From a virus (taxonomy: Duplodnaviria; Caudoviricetes): a stretch of 64,000 nucleotides of DNA. Position numbers and translations under genes: made by a program. Shown here piece after piece: positions 28,445 to 37,798 of the stretch. The stretch covers positions 7,616 through 71,615 of the IMG/VR virus record IMGVR_UViG_2690315932_000001, one strand, 5' to 3'. Each line of letters starts with the position of its first letter. The stretch's first letter is position 1. The notes beneath the pieces were generated by a model. The model ran no database searches. It was not told the DNA's origin and worked only from the letters and a program-made list of their open reading frames with translations.

Positions 28445-28635
28445 GCCGCACCGACTGGGAGAAGGAGCGCGCGGAACTCGAGCAGCGACTCGAGCCGTTC
28501 ACGCGTGAGAGCGCGACGGGGGAGCGGTACGTCATCCCGCACCCCGCCGTCGCCCGATTCGCGCGCGCCTACGACCGCCTGTTCCGCTACGGCCTGGAAC
28601 GCGGATGGCTCGGCGGAGAGCCGGTGCCCGCGTGA
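28441..28635 (+). CDS. Hypothetical protein
   Basis: Coupled. Confidence 0.55.
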   Translation: MSRTDWEKERAELEQRLEPFTRESATGERYVIPHPAVARFARAYDRLFRYGLERGWLGGEPVPA

Positions 28636-29120
28636 AGGCCTCGGGTGCGATCGTCGGCGGCGTGGTGATCGTCGCCGCGTTCGCTGCGCTGAACGTCGCC
28701 GCGGCGGTGGCACTTCCGACGGCCGTGAAGGTCGAACCGGATCCCCACGCCGAGGCAGGCCCGACGCCACTGCCGCCGGTGATCCTCCCTCCGGTCGCCA
28801 CGCCCGCGACGCTCGACGCATACGGCATCCTCGCCCAGCGATCCGAGCCGCTCGTCCAGGTCGTCTACTCAGCCGACCCCGCCGTGAACTGTGGCCTCAA
28901 CGTCGCCCCCGTCGGCGGATGCTTCCACCCCGAGCAGCCCGAGACCATCGTGCTCTCGCCCGGTGTGGAAGGAGCGCAGCTCACCTACCTCGTCCTCCAC
29001 GAACTCGCCCACGTCCGTCAGAACCGCTACGGCGTGCCCCTCGACGAATGCGCCGCAGATGCGGCCGCAGTCGCCTGGGGCGCCGACGAAGCCCTCACCT
29101 TCTACCTCCCCAACTGCTAA
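28632..29120 (+). CDS. Exported/membrane zincin metallopeptidase-like protein
   Basis: N-terminal hydrophobic segment, LHELAH, ECAAD. Confidence 0.7.
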   Translation: MKASGAIVGGVVIVAAFAALNVAAAVALPTAVKVEPDPHAEAGPTPLPPVILPPVATPATLDAYGILAQRSEPLVQVVYSADPAVNCGLNVAPVGGCFHPEQPETIVLSPGVEGAQLTYLVLHELAHVRQNRYGVPLDECAADAAAVAWGADEALTFYLPNC

Positions 29121-29129
29121 GGAGCAGGC

Positions 29130-29426
29130 ATGACCATCGCCGCCATCGTCCCCGTCTACACCCACCGCACCCACGAAACCGTCGAGCGCCTGGCCGAACG
29201 CGGTGTCACCGTCGACGTGCTCGACGTCGACCTCGCCATCGCCAGCGCCGTGACCTCCCTCCACGAGCAGAGCGAACGCGGAGGCTGGCCCGACCCCGAC
29301 GACGATCACACCTGGGACCGCTACATCGAGCCGCGCGTCCTCGACCGCCTCGACATCGACCCCGATGTGTTCGGCGAGGCATCCGTCGCGCACGACGCGC
29401 CGGCCCCGATCGGAGCCGCGCTGTGA
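29130..29426 (+). CDS. Hypothetical protein
   Basis: SD AAGGAG. Confidence 0.6.
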   Translation: MTIAAIVPVYTHRTHETVERLAERGVTVDVLDVDLAIASAVTSLHEQSERGGWPDPDDDHTWDRYIEPRVLDRLDIDPDVFGEASVAHDAPAPIGAAL

Positions 29427-29995
29427 CCACCACCCTCCAGCAGTCGCTCGCGATCCAGGCCGTGAAGAAGGCCGACGAGGACTACCGCGCCCTTCGCAAG
29501 GTCGTCGAAGCGACCGTCCGCGCCGAGATCGCCAAGCGCACCCAGGAAGCCTCTGACAACGTCGCTCGCGCTACCTGGGCCGCACGCCAGGCGGGGGTCG
29601 GACCGACGCGGCTCGCCCGCGAGGCATTCGGCCACGAGGGCCGCGCCACGGTCTACCGCTACCTCGCTCGAGGCGGTGAGCTCGCCGGGGACACGCCCAC
29701 CGTGGTCAGCGCCGCGGACGAGGTGGTCTCCGAGTTCGAGTGGGTCCAGCCCGGCGTCGTCCGCGTTCAGCCGGCGGCCGCCACGCTCGCCCCGCTGCTC
29801 GCCATGCTCGACATCGACGGCGCGGGCCGCGCATTCTGGGCCGACTTCGAGGTCGTCGACGGGCGCGTGCTCCCGCTCACCGAGGCGTGGACCGCGGAGG
29901 AAGGCCGCAACCCGGTCGTCGCGCTCGTCATCGGCGAGGACCCCACCTACCGAGAGCGCGTCGCGTCATGGGCCGCGGGTAAGGTGGCCGCGTGA
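29423..29995 (+). CDS. Putative HTH protein
   Basis: AARQAGVGPTRLAREAFG..GRATVYRYL. Confidence 0.6.
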   Translation: MTTTLQQSLAIQAVKKADEDYRALRKVVEATVRAEIAKRTQEASDNVARATWAARQAGVGPTRLAREAFGHEGRATVYRYLARGGELAGDTPTVVSAADEVVSEFEWVQPGVVRVQPAAATLAPLLAMLDIDGAGRAFWADFEVVDGRVLPLTEAWTAEEGRNPVVALVIGEDPTYRERVASWAAGKVAA

Positions 29996-30297
29996 TGAAG
30001 ACCCCCCAGGAGATCGCTACCGCCATCCTCGGGAAGGAGCCCACCCTCCCGGAGGAGCGTGCAACCTGGCAGGCCATCGTGGACGCCATCGCCGAGGACC
30101 GCGAGGACCGCGAGACCTACTTCGCCACCGACGCGGACTGGACCGTCGAGCAGCACGAGGTGAAGGGCGGACTCGTGACGGACCTTCTCGTCTGGCCTGG
30201 CGGCGCAGACGCCCTCACCCGCGAGCCCGTCGCGGTCCTCGCCCTCACCGATGCCGGCGTCGACGCGCTCGTCGCCACACTCAAGCCCGGAGCCTGA
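29992..30297 (+). CDS. Hypothetical protein
   Basis: Coupled. Confidence 0.6.
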   Translation: MMKTPQEIATAILGKEPTLPEERATWQAIVDAIAEDREDRETYFATDADWTVEQHEVKGGLVTDLLVWPGGADALTREPVAVLALTDAGVDALVATLKPGA

Positions 30298-30298
30298 C

Positions 30299-32218
30299 AT
30301 GCACAACGACCTCTGCCCCTCGTGCGGCGCATTCCTGTGGAAGCCGCACGACGACTTCCCCGAGATCATGCTGCGCTTCGTGCATCTGCACGAGGGGCGG
30401 AAGGTCCGCGAGATCCTCAAGTTCCTGCCCTGCGACCCCTCCCTCGACGAGCGCGAGGCGAAGAAGCACGGCCGCATCACGCCCCGCCAGGAGTGGGCCA
30501 TCGAGCGGATCCTCGAGGAGCGCCGCACGAGCGGCAACCCCGAAGGCTCCGACGGCGCACTCCTCGCCGACGACATGGGCGTGGGCAAGTCCGGCCAGCT
30601 CGCCGAAGTGCTCATCCGCGGCGGCTTCCAGCGCGCGCTCGTCGTCGGACTCCCCGACACCCACCTCCAGCTCCGCGACCGCATCTACGCCCAGTCCGAC
30701 GGTGCGATCCTTCCCCGCCTAATGAACGGCACCATCGCGGGCCGCTTCAACCTCGCTGCCTTCCTCAAAGGTGAGCCGGGCGTCTTCATCGCCGGCTCCC
30801 ACTTCCTCGTCGCGCAGGACTTCGAGAGCCGCCCCGAGTATCACGACGGAGAGGACGGCAAGCCCGACCTCTCTCGCCCGAAGTGGAAGATGGACAGCAA
30901 GACCGGATGGCCCAAGCTCAAAGAACGCACCACGGGGCCCGACCGCGAGGTCTACCTCGTCGACCGGGCCGAAGGCGAGATCGGCCCAGCCCAGGTCCGC
31001 CGCATCGTCGAGGCGGGCACTCCCGACCAGATCGGCCCCGCGCTCCTTCCGATCCAGGCGACCAAGTCCCACCACCTCGCCACCTTCCGCGCCAAGCTCA
31101 AGAAGCACCCCGTCGACTTCATCGGCCTCGACGAATGCCAGGTGATCGCCAACAAGCACTCCCAGGCCCGCCGCACCCTCCTGTCGATGGGCAACGCCTT
31201 CAAGCTCGCCATGAGCGGCACGTGGTTCCTCAACAACCCCGACAACATGCACTCCGTCACCCGCTGGGTCTGGCCGGGCGACGACCCCATCACGGGCCAG
31301 AAGTACGTCGAGAGCAATCACGCGCTCTGGAAGGCGATGTACCTGACGAGCGTCCCCGTGCTCAAAGAGGACGGCAACGTCCTCTACCGCCGAGACCACC
31401 TCGGCCAGCTCGCCCCCGTGATGAACACCACGGGGGAGAAGGAGCCCGGCGCGTTCGTCGCCACGCTGCCGTGCTACATCCGCCGCGAGGCCGACGACCC
31501 GATCCCGGCGCCGCTCATGCTGTACGTCGACCCGAGCCCCGCCCAAGCCGAGCAGATCGCGGACCTCAAGCGCGACCTGATGACATGGGTCTGGTCCCAC
31601 GAGGGAACCGAGGAACCGCTCGTGGTCAACATGCCCGCTGAGCTGCACACGCGAATGCGGCAGGTCACGATCGGCGAGCTCGCGCTCACGCGCCCCGACG
31701 GCTCCGTGGACTTCGCTCGCGACGGAGCCTTCGCCAAGGGCGCGCCGCTGCGCTACCTCCTCGAGGAGCGCTGGGCTGGGCAGCAGGTCGGGATCTACAC
31801 CGACTCCAAGATCGGCGCCCACTGGATGGCCGCCCGCCTGCAGCGCGCCGGCGTCGACGTGCGCGTCTGGTCCGGCGACCTGTCCCGCGGCGCCCGCGAG
31901 AAGCTCAAGCAGGCGTTCATCCGCGGCGAGTTCCGCGTGCTCATCTCCACCATCCAGTCCTTCGGTGTCGGCATCGACGGGCTGCAGAAGGTGTGCGACA
32001 AGGTCGCGTGGATCTCCGACGTCGAAGGCTCGCCCGCACTCAACGACCAGGCCATCCGCCGCTACCTCCGCCCCGGCCGGCTCATGCGGAACGGCCGCGA
32101 TGAGTTCGAGCACGCCCGCATCCTCATGCGCGACTCCGTCGACGTCGAGAGCTTCCAGAAGCTCATCGGCCAGGCATGGAACATGCGCGCATCCATGACC
32201 GCGGCGACCGCCGCATAG
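30299..32218 (+). CDS. SNF2-family SF2 helicase
   Basis: LADDMGVGKS, DECQ, MSGT, GVGIDGLQ, QAIRR. Confidence 0.9.
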   Translation: MHNDLCPSCGAFLWKPHDDFPEIMLRFVHLHEGRKVREILKFLPCDPSLDEREAKKHGRITPRQEWAIERILEERRTSGNPEGSDGALLADDMGVGKSGQLAEVLIRGGFQRALVVGLPDTHLQLRDRIYAQSDGAILPRLMNGTIAGRFNLAAFLKGEPGVFIAGSHFLVAQDFESRPEYHDGEDGKPDLSRPKWKMDSKTGWPKLKERTTGPDREVYLVDRAEGEIGPAQVRRIVEAGTPDQIGPALLPIQATKSHHLATFRAKLKKHPVDFIGLDECQVIANKHSQARRTLLSMGNAFKLAMSGTWFLNNPDNMHSVTRWVWPGDDPITGQKYVESNHALWKAMYLTSVPVLKEDGNVLYRRDHLGQLAPVMNTTGEKEPGAFVATLPCYIRREADDPIPAPLMLYVDPSPAQAEQIADLKRDLMTWVWSHEGTEEPLVVNMPAELHTRMRQVTIGELALTRPDGSVDFARDGAFAKGAPLRYLLEERWAGQQVGIYTDSKIGAHWMAARLQRAGVDVRVWSGDLSRGAREKLKQAFIRGEFRVLISTIQSFGVGIDGLQKVCDKVAWISDVEGSPALNDQAIRRYLRPGRLMRNGRDEFEHARILMRDSVDVESFQKLIGQAWNMRASMTAATAA

Positions 32219-32241
32219 CACGCAAACGAAGGGAAACACCG

Positions 32242-32760
32242 ATGGTCGACTTCTCCAAACTCTCGCCCGACGTCCGCGATGTCCCGGCACCTCCGGGCTC
32301 CGACAATGCAGCCCTCCTCGCGCTCCCGCAGCAACGCACCTACACGCACGACTTGAAGGGCAAGCTGCTCTACTTCCCGCGCACCGATCAGGTCATGGTT
32401 CCGTTCGCGATGACGAGCGATGGCGGCTGGTATGTCGTCGTGGTCTTCAACGGTGAGCGCGCCCCGCGGCACGACGGCACGGATGGGCGTCAAGCGGGAA
32501 CGCCCGTATACCCGGCCGGCGGCTACAGTCTCTACGTCTCGCCCCTCGAGATGCAGACCGCGATCGAGTTGACCGGCGAGCAGGTCTGGGCAGTCGACGT
32601 CGCGATCGGCGGCAATCCCGAGCGCACCGTCGAGATGCCCGCGCTTTCCTTTCGCGCCGCGGAGGGGATCGCGAGCGCGAACGAGTCTCAGGGGCACACC
32701 TCGACGATCATCTCTCGGATCTCCTTCCAGTCGAAGGATCCATGGGAGGTGACGGCGTGA
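32242..32760 (+). CDS. Hypothetical protein
   Basis: SD GAAGGG. Confidence 0.6.
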   Translation: MVDFSKLSPDVRDVPAPPGSDNAALLALPQQRTYTHDLKGKLLYFPRTDQVMVPFAMTSDGGWYVVVVFNGERAPRHDGTDGRQAGTPVYPAGGYSLYVSPLEMQTAIELTGEQVWAVDVAIGGNPERTVEMPALSFRAAEGIASANESQGHTSTIISRISFQSKDPWEVTA

Positions 32761-33263
32761 GCGCAGAAGACGCGCGCCAGCTCGACGGGCACGACGAGGC
32801 CAAGCTGCCCAAGTGGGCGCAGGCCCGACTCCGCAACCTCCGCCGCAAGATCGAACGGCTCACCGTGGAGACGGTGCGCCGCGACGACGTACCCGAAGGC
32901 GTACGCGTCATGATCGCGCGAAGCACGCAGAACGAGCGCTACACGACCGAGCCGACAGCGATACCGCTGAACGACAACGACCGCGTGGTGTTCCACGTCA
33001 CGGGCGGGCGCATGGAGGTCGGGCTCCGCAAGTTCGGACCCCGATACCGCGTCGGCATCACCGGCTTCGGAACATGGGATCCGCTGACGGGCGAGCGGCC
33101 AGAGATTGCGATACTCCCCGCGTTGGGCAACGTCGTCGAGGCGGCTTTCGTGCTTCCCGCTCCCGACGCTCTGGTTATGCCGGAGGTGCTGGCGCTGGAG
33201 CCCGGACGCGCCGCGGTCACCGGATCGAGCGTTCCGGAGCCCCATGACCCACCCAAGCCTTGA
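32757..33263 (+). CDS. Hypothetical protein
   Basis: KLPKWAQ motif; coupled. Confidence 0.6.
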   Translation: MSAEDARQLDGHDEAKLPKWAQARLRNLRRKIERLTVETVRRDDVPEGVRVMIARSTQNERYTTEPTAIPLNDNDRVVFHVTGGRMEVGLRKFGPRYRVGITGFGTWDPLTGERPEIAILPALGNVVEAAFVLPAPDALVMPEVLALEPGRAAVTGSSVPEPHDPPKP

Positions 33264-33288
33264 CGCGCCGCGGCCGAGGCGGCAACCT
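33260..33288 (+). promoter_or_regulatory. SigA-like promoter
   Basis: TTGACG-N17-CAACCT before HTH gene. Confidence 0.45.
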
Positions 33289-33314
33289 TATACGAGTACC
33301 GAGGAGGACCGCCC

Positions 33315-33731
33315 GTGAGGCCGACCGAGCAACCGAAGACGCGTGGAGCGACGCGTCAGTCGGTTCGTGCTGCATGGCGAAGGCACGGCGGCCGCACCTC
33401 GGAGGTTGCTCGCCACTTCGGCGTGAGCGAGCGCACCGTCCGTCGATGGGTGGTCGGGTGGGGGATCGCCGACGCGGCTCCCACGCCCCGGCTGCGCGAC
33501 GGCTTCACGCCCGGCGTGCTCGATTCGCTCCGCCACGGCATGCCGGCGCTCTGGGCCGTGGAGGGCACGCCTCACTCACAGAAGGCCACGTCCGATTGGG
33601 CGACCGCTCAGTTCCCCGAGCGCGCCGTCGAGAGCAAGGAGTGGCGGCGGGTGTGGCCCGCGATCCTCCACAACCCCACCCTGCGCGCGCTGCATGAAGA
33701 GTTCGCGCCCAAACGGAAGGTCACACTCTGA
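33315..33731 (+). CDS. HTH DNA-binding protein
   Basis: SEVARHFGVSERTVRRW; SD GAGGAG. Confidence 0.8.
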   Translation: MRPTEQPKTRGATRQSVRAAWRRHGGRTSEVARHFGVSERTVRRWVVGWGIADAAPTPRLRDGFTPGVLDSLRHGMPALWAVEGTPHSQKATSDWATAQFPERAVESKEWRRVWPAILHNPTLRALHEEFAPKRKVTL

Positions 33732-33955
33732 TGGATAGCGTGCAAAAACAGGTGGACGCCGTGCAGGCGTTCCTCGCCTGGCGGCGAGAGCAGGGGCGGG
33801 AGAACGCCCTCGACCAGGACCTCATCGCGTGGCGCGACCACCTGACGACCGTCGCGCGGCTCGAGCAGCTCAGCGCCGTAGAGGGCATCCTCGCGGACGA
33901 GTTCGAGGCAGCCGGGCCGGGTCTGGTCGAGAAGCTGCGGGCGGTGCTGTCGTGA
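33731..33955 (+). CDS. Hypothetical protein
   Basis: TGATG overlap. Confidence 0.6.
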   Translation: MDSVQKQVDAVQAFLAWRREQGRENALDQDLIAWRDHLTTVARLEQLSAVEGILADEFEAAGPGLVEKLRAVLS

Positions 33956-34278
33956 GCATGCCCGCTAAGCAGCGCCTCCCGGAGTTCGCCGAGGCCCTTG
34001 ACCTCGCCCGCCACGACGCGAGCGCGCCGCAACCCCGCTGCGCGACGCAGGATCCCGAGAAGTACACCGGCGACGTGCCGCCCACCCGCGCCGAGGCGCG
34101 CCGGCTGTGTGAGGGAATGAAGCCGTCGGAGAAGTGCGACCTGTTCGAGCTCTGCCGAAGGAGCGCCCTCCACGAGAAGCCGAAGTGGGGCGTTCACGGC
34201 GGCATTGTGTGGGACAACGGGCGCCAGCTTCACCTTCGCCGAAAACTTCCCGCAGAAAGCCTTGACCTCGCCGCTTAG
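33952..34278 (+). CDS. whiB: WhiB-family transcription factor
   Basis: C..DPE, A..LC, C.....C (four Cys), WGVHGG. Confidence 0.8.
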   Translation: MSMPAKQRLPEFAEALDLARHDASAPQPRCATQDPEKYTGDVPPTRAEARRLCEGMKPSEKCDLFELCRRSALHEKPKWGVHGGIVWDNGRQLHLRRKLPAESLDLAA

Positions 34279-34291
34279 ACACGTATATGGT
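34262..34291 (+). promoter_or_regulatory. SigA-like promoter for recombination genes
   Basis: TTGACC-N18-TATGGT. Confidence 0.55.
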
Positions 34292-34341
34292 CAAACCATC
34301 ACCAAATACGGTGCTAATCCCCCAAGGTGAAGGAGTGACAA

Positions 34342-34467
34342 ATGAGCAAGACAGGTGGCCCCTCCAGGAGGAGGAAGGGCGCGAGCAAGCGCCCGACCGG
34401 CGTCGCCAACCGCGACACCAAGATCCACGCCCACCCCAAGTACAAGGAGCGCAGATGGACACGCTGA
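34342..34467 (+). CDS. Small basic protein
   Basis: SD GAAGGAG; 41 aa (manual). Confidence 0.4.
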   Translation: MSKTGGPSRRRKGASKRPTGVANRDTKIHAHPKYKERRWTR

Positions 34468-35474
34468 CCAGCCCCCCGGCGCGTTCCACGGACAGAGCGC
34501 TCACCGATCAGGACGTGCGCTACCTCACCGTCCAGATGATCAACGCCGAGACCGAGCGCGACCGCCAGGTCCAGCTCGGAGCCTCGAACATCTCCAACCC
34601 CTGCGACAACTGCCTGGCAGCCGAATTCGCCGGACACGATCGCAGTTCCGAGTTCCGGGAGCGCCCCTACTTCGGGCGCTCCCTCGGAACCCTCGCGCAC
34701 AAGGGCATGGAGGAGCGCCTCCCCATCGCGCGCCGGCTCTACCCCGGCGCACGTGCCGAGAACGCGGTGGTCTGCGGCATCGCCCCCGGATACGGGCCCA
34801 TCCCCGGCCACTTCGACCTCGCACCCACGGGTGCCCACGTCCTCGACTGGAAGTTCCTCAAGCGCCAGCAGGCACTCGTCATGATCGACTTCCGCGAGAT
34901 CCAGGCGGGCCGCGAGCCCATCTACGGCCGCCGCCACAAGGAGATCGAGCGCGCGGGGGAGTGGGTCCACCTCGAGCTGGATCCCAAGAAGGGTCCGCAG
35001 TGGGTGAAGGTCACCCGCCGCGCTGCGAGCACCGAGCTGTCCGAGCGCGACTACAGCGAGCTGCTCCTCGAGGTGGAGCACACCTACCAGCACTACTACG
35101 GCCAGAACGTGCTCTACCAGCGCGGCATCGGCGCACGCCGAGGATCCGTCGTCGTCATCAGCCGCGACGGAACCGGGTTCTTCGACAACCCCCAGTACGA
35201 CCGGTACGACGACCCCACCGCCGTCCACGACATCAACGTCTTCTCGTTCGCCTACGACGGCGACTACGCCGACGCCCTCCTGCAGCGCGCCGGCGACATC
35301 TTCCAGCTCGTCCAGGCAGGCAAGCCGGTTCACGAGTTCAGCTCGGCGCCGCACTGCAAGTTCTGCAAGGCGGCGACCCAGGATCTCAACCGGATGCCGG
35401 ACCTCGACTTCGTCGACGTCTTCGGTGCCCCCGTCGACGTCCCCGAGGAGGTCGTCGCACAACTCGTCGCCTGA
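34455..35474 (+). CDS. Cas4-like / PD-(D/E)XK exonuclease
   Basis: LGASNI..PC, GTLAH, GHFD, DWK, Q..LY, CKFC. Confidence 0.8.
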   Translation: MDTLTSPPARSTDRALTDQDVRYLTVQMINAETERDRQVQLGASNISNPCDNCLAAEFAGHDRSSEFRERPYFGRSLGTLAHKGMEERLPIARRLYPGARAENAVVCGIAPGYGPIPGHFDLAPTGAHVLDWKFLKRQQALVMIDFREIQAGREPIYGRRHKEIERAGEWVHLELDPKKGPQWVKVTRRAASTELSERDYSELLLEVEHTYQHYYGQNVLYQRGIGARRGSVVVISRDGTGFFDNPQYDRYDDPTAVHDINVFSFAYDGDYADALLQRAGDIFQLVQAGKPVHEFSSAPHCKFCKAATQDLNRMPDLDFVDVFGAPVDVPEEVVAQLVA

Positions 35475-35537
35475 CGCACGCATTTTGCGTGCAAACCGCC
35501 CATAGACTTCCCGCCCACGGAGAGAGGAACTCCCACC

Positions 35538-36437
35538 ATGACCGAAAACGTCACCCAGCTTCCGGTGCCCATCTGGGCCGCCGACGTCGCCGCCACCGAG
35601 GACTTCGGTGAGCCCGGCTCCATCCTGATCCACGCCGAGCCCGGCCGAGGTAAGTCGCGAGCCGCACTCACGATCGCCAAGGTCCGCGGTTTCGAGCGCG
35701 TCGCTGTGCTCGACATCGACAACGGAACCGAGGTGCTGCTCAACGACCCGGAGCTGCGCCAGAAGTACGCGCAGGGCCTCATCACGATCATCAAGATCGA
35801 CAAGACCAAGCCGGACGCGTTCGTGAAGTTCCACAACTACTTCTGGGACATCATCAACAACGGCAAGGCGTACGGATTCAACGCCTTCATCATCGACACC
35901 GCCGATGTCGCCCAAGAGGTCGCCGCCGAGTGGTACCTCGCGAACACCATGAACGACTCCGGCACCGCACTGGACAGCCGCGCCGCGTGGGGCAAGGTCT
36001 CCGAGTGGACCTCGAAGATGCTCTGGGCGCTGCAGAACCACCCCACCATGCTCGGCATCACCGTCAACCACACCAAGGTCGACGAGAAGGAGGCCAAGAA
36101 GACCGGCGTCTCCACCCTCAAGCCGAAGTACGCCGGATCCGTCAAGGACACCGCCGCAGGCATCCCGTCGATCGTGATCTACATGACGAAGGAGACCACC
36201 GAGGACGGGCGCACGAACATCATCGCCGACATGGGAGGCGACGCCGGTGCGATCTCGAAGCAGCGGTACAGCTCCTTCCTCCCGAACCGCCTCGAGAACT
36301 TCTCGATGCCCCTGCTGTACGGCCTCATCCGCGGCGAGATCACCCTCGACGCGTCGCCGGCCATCCCGACCATCCAGACCGACATCGCCGCAGCCGCGGC
36401 CCAGACCCAGCCGACCGCACTCGCGGCCACGGCCTGA
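35538..36437 (+). CDS. AAA_24 / Sak4-like ATPase
   Basis: HAEPGRGKS, LDIDNG, IIDT; lies between exonuclease and SSB. Confidence 0.8.
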   Translation: MTENVTQLPVPIWAADVAATEDFGEPGSILIHAEPGRGKSRAALTIAKVRGFERVAVLDIDNGTEVLLNDPELRQKYAQGLITIIKIDKTKPDAFVKFHNYFWDIINNGKAYGFNAFIIDTADVAQEVAAEWYLANTMNDSGTALDSRAAWGKVSEWTSKMLWALQNHPTMLGITVNHTKVDEKEAKKTGVSTLKPKYAGSVKDTAAGIPSIVIYMTKETTEDGRTNIIADMGGDAGAISKQRYSSFLPNRLENFSMPLLYGLIRGEITLDASPAIPTIQTDIAAAAAQTQPTALAATA

Positions 36438-36459
36438 ACCCAGAGAGAGGAACCGAGCC

Positions 36460-37449
36460 ATGAGCTTCACCCCCGAGATCGACGACTACGCAGCCCAGGC
36501 CGCCGAAAAGGCCGCCGAGGCGCTGCCCTCCGGCGACTTCCCGCCCGTTCCGAAGGGCGCCTACCAGGCGATCATCCTGGAGAACAAGGGCGTCGAGGAG
36601 CTGACCAAGGACCCGACCAACCGCAACTACGGCAAGAAGGTCGTCAAGCTGCACGTCCAGGTCGACCAGAACAGCCCCACCGCCGCGGGTCGCCACTACT
36701 TCGTGCGCGTCCCGCTGTTCTCGCGCTTCGCGCCCAACCCCAACGCGAAGAACGACGAGTCGAAGACCATCGGCGCGCCCGCCCGCATGTTCTTCAACTT
36801 CTTCCAGAACGTCATGGGCGTTCCCCTCGCCGACATCCTCGCGAAGAAGCCGCTCCCCTCGAACGTGGAAGGCCGACGCCTGACGATCATCCTCGGCGCC
36901 CCGAAGGCGCCCGACCAGCACAACGCGCTCGGCTCGAACGAGATCGACGGCGTCGACGCGCCGCAGGACGACTTCGCGAACACCCCGACGCTGCTGCCCG
37001 GGGCGACCGTCGCGCCCTGGCTCACGCCCGAGGGCGGTCTGAACCCGAGCTGGACGCCCCCCGTGCAGGGCGGCGGCGTCCCCGGCATCGGTGGCGGCGT
37101 GCCGCAGCTCCCGGGTGCGGGCGTGCCTGGCATCGGTGGCGGCGTTCCGCAGCTCCCGGGTGCGGGCGTGCCGCAGGTCGCCCCGCTGCAGACCGGCTAC
37201 GCTCCGCAGCCCGGCGGCGTCCCCGCCTACGCCGGCGTCGCGCCCACCGGACACCAGGCCGCCCCTCCCGCCGGGTACGCCGCCGGCGGATCCTTCCCCG
37301 GGCACGTCGTCCCGCAGGACACACCGCAGGCCCCCGGCACGCCCCTCGCCCAGCCCGCACAGGTCCAGGTGCCGAGCACCGTCCCCGCCGCGTGGGCCGG
37401 ACCGGCCGCCAGCGCCGCCCAGGCCGCCGTCGCCGGAACGGGGTACTGA
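36460..37449 (+). CDS. Phage single-stranded DNA-binding protein with long Gly/Pro/Val tail
   Basis: FPPVPKGAY.A.I N-terminus (DUF669-like); position after Sak4-like gene. Confidence 0.65.
   Translation: MSFTPEIDDYAAQAAEKAAEALPSGDFPPVPKGAYQAIILENKGVEELTKDPTNRNYGKKVVKLHVQVDQNSPTAAGRHYFVRVPLFSRFAPNPNAKNDESKTIGAPARMFFNFFQNVMGVPLADILAKKPLPSNVEGRRLTIILGAPKAPDQHNALGSNEIDGVDAPQDDFANTPTLLPGATVAPWLTPEGGLNPSWTPPVQGGGVPGIGGGVPQLPGAGVPGIGGGVPQLPGAGVPQVAPLQTGYAPQPGGVPAYAGVAPTGHQAAPPAGYAAGGSFPGHVVPQDTPQAPGTPLAQPAQVQVPSTVPAAWAGPAASAAQAAVAGTGY
37075..37173 (+). repeat. 45-bp tandem repeat (about 2.2 copies) encoding GVPGIGGGVPQLPGA
   Basis: Direct inspection. Confidence 0.85.
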
Positions 37450-37452
37450 GCC

Positions 37453-37611
37453 ATGGGCACCCCGATCCTCGAGTTCCTGGCATCCCTCCTCATCGAGGGC
37501 GAGCACGACGGCGGCTACGTCGTCGACCGCGCGCCCGAGATCACCGACGAGGGGGAGCTCCTCGTCACCGTGAACGGCGCGGACTACGCGATCAAGGCGG
37601 AGGCATTCTGA
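37453..37611 (+). CDS. Small hypothetical protein
   Basis: 52 aa (manual), TGATG overlap with next gene. Confidence 0.55.
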   Translation: MGTPILEFLASLLIEGEHDGGYVVDRAPEITDEGELLVTVNGADYAIKAEAF

Positions 37612-37760
37612 TGGCCACCGGATGCGTCAAGATCACCGGCTACCTCACACCCGACGACGACGAGCTCGACGACAACGGGGACCTGACCTCCGAGGCGTGG
37701 GAGAAGTACGCCGAGCACTTCCTCGATCTCGAGGACTTCACCTCCGAACCGGAGGACTGA
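37611..37760 (+). CDS. Small acidic protein
   Basis: SD GGAGG; 49 aa. Confidence 0.55.
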   Translation: MATGCVKITGYLTPDDDELDDNGDLTSEAWEKYAEHFLDLEDFTSEPED

Positions 37761-37767
37761 TCCACCC

Positions 37768-37793
37768 GGGCGGGGAGCTCCCACTCCCCGCCC
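37768..37793 (+). other. 10-bp GC hairpin immediately before tRNA-like RNA
   Basis: GGGCGGGGAG-ctccca-CTCCCCGCCC; no U-tract. Confidence 0.6.
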
Positions 37794-37798
37794 ACCCC

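Noticed and set aside
30830-31070. Intein in the helicase insertion between motifs I and II
   Set aside because: No Cys/Ser start with His-Asn end and no LAGLIDADG motifs; probably a plain loop insertion.
34455-35474. Cas4-like gene as a sign of CRISPR-Cas
   Set aside because: No repeat-spacer array or other cas genes; context is the usual phage exonuclease-Sak4-SSB module.
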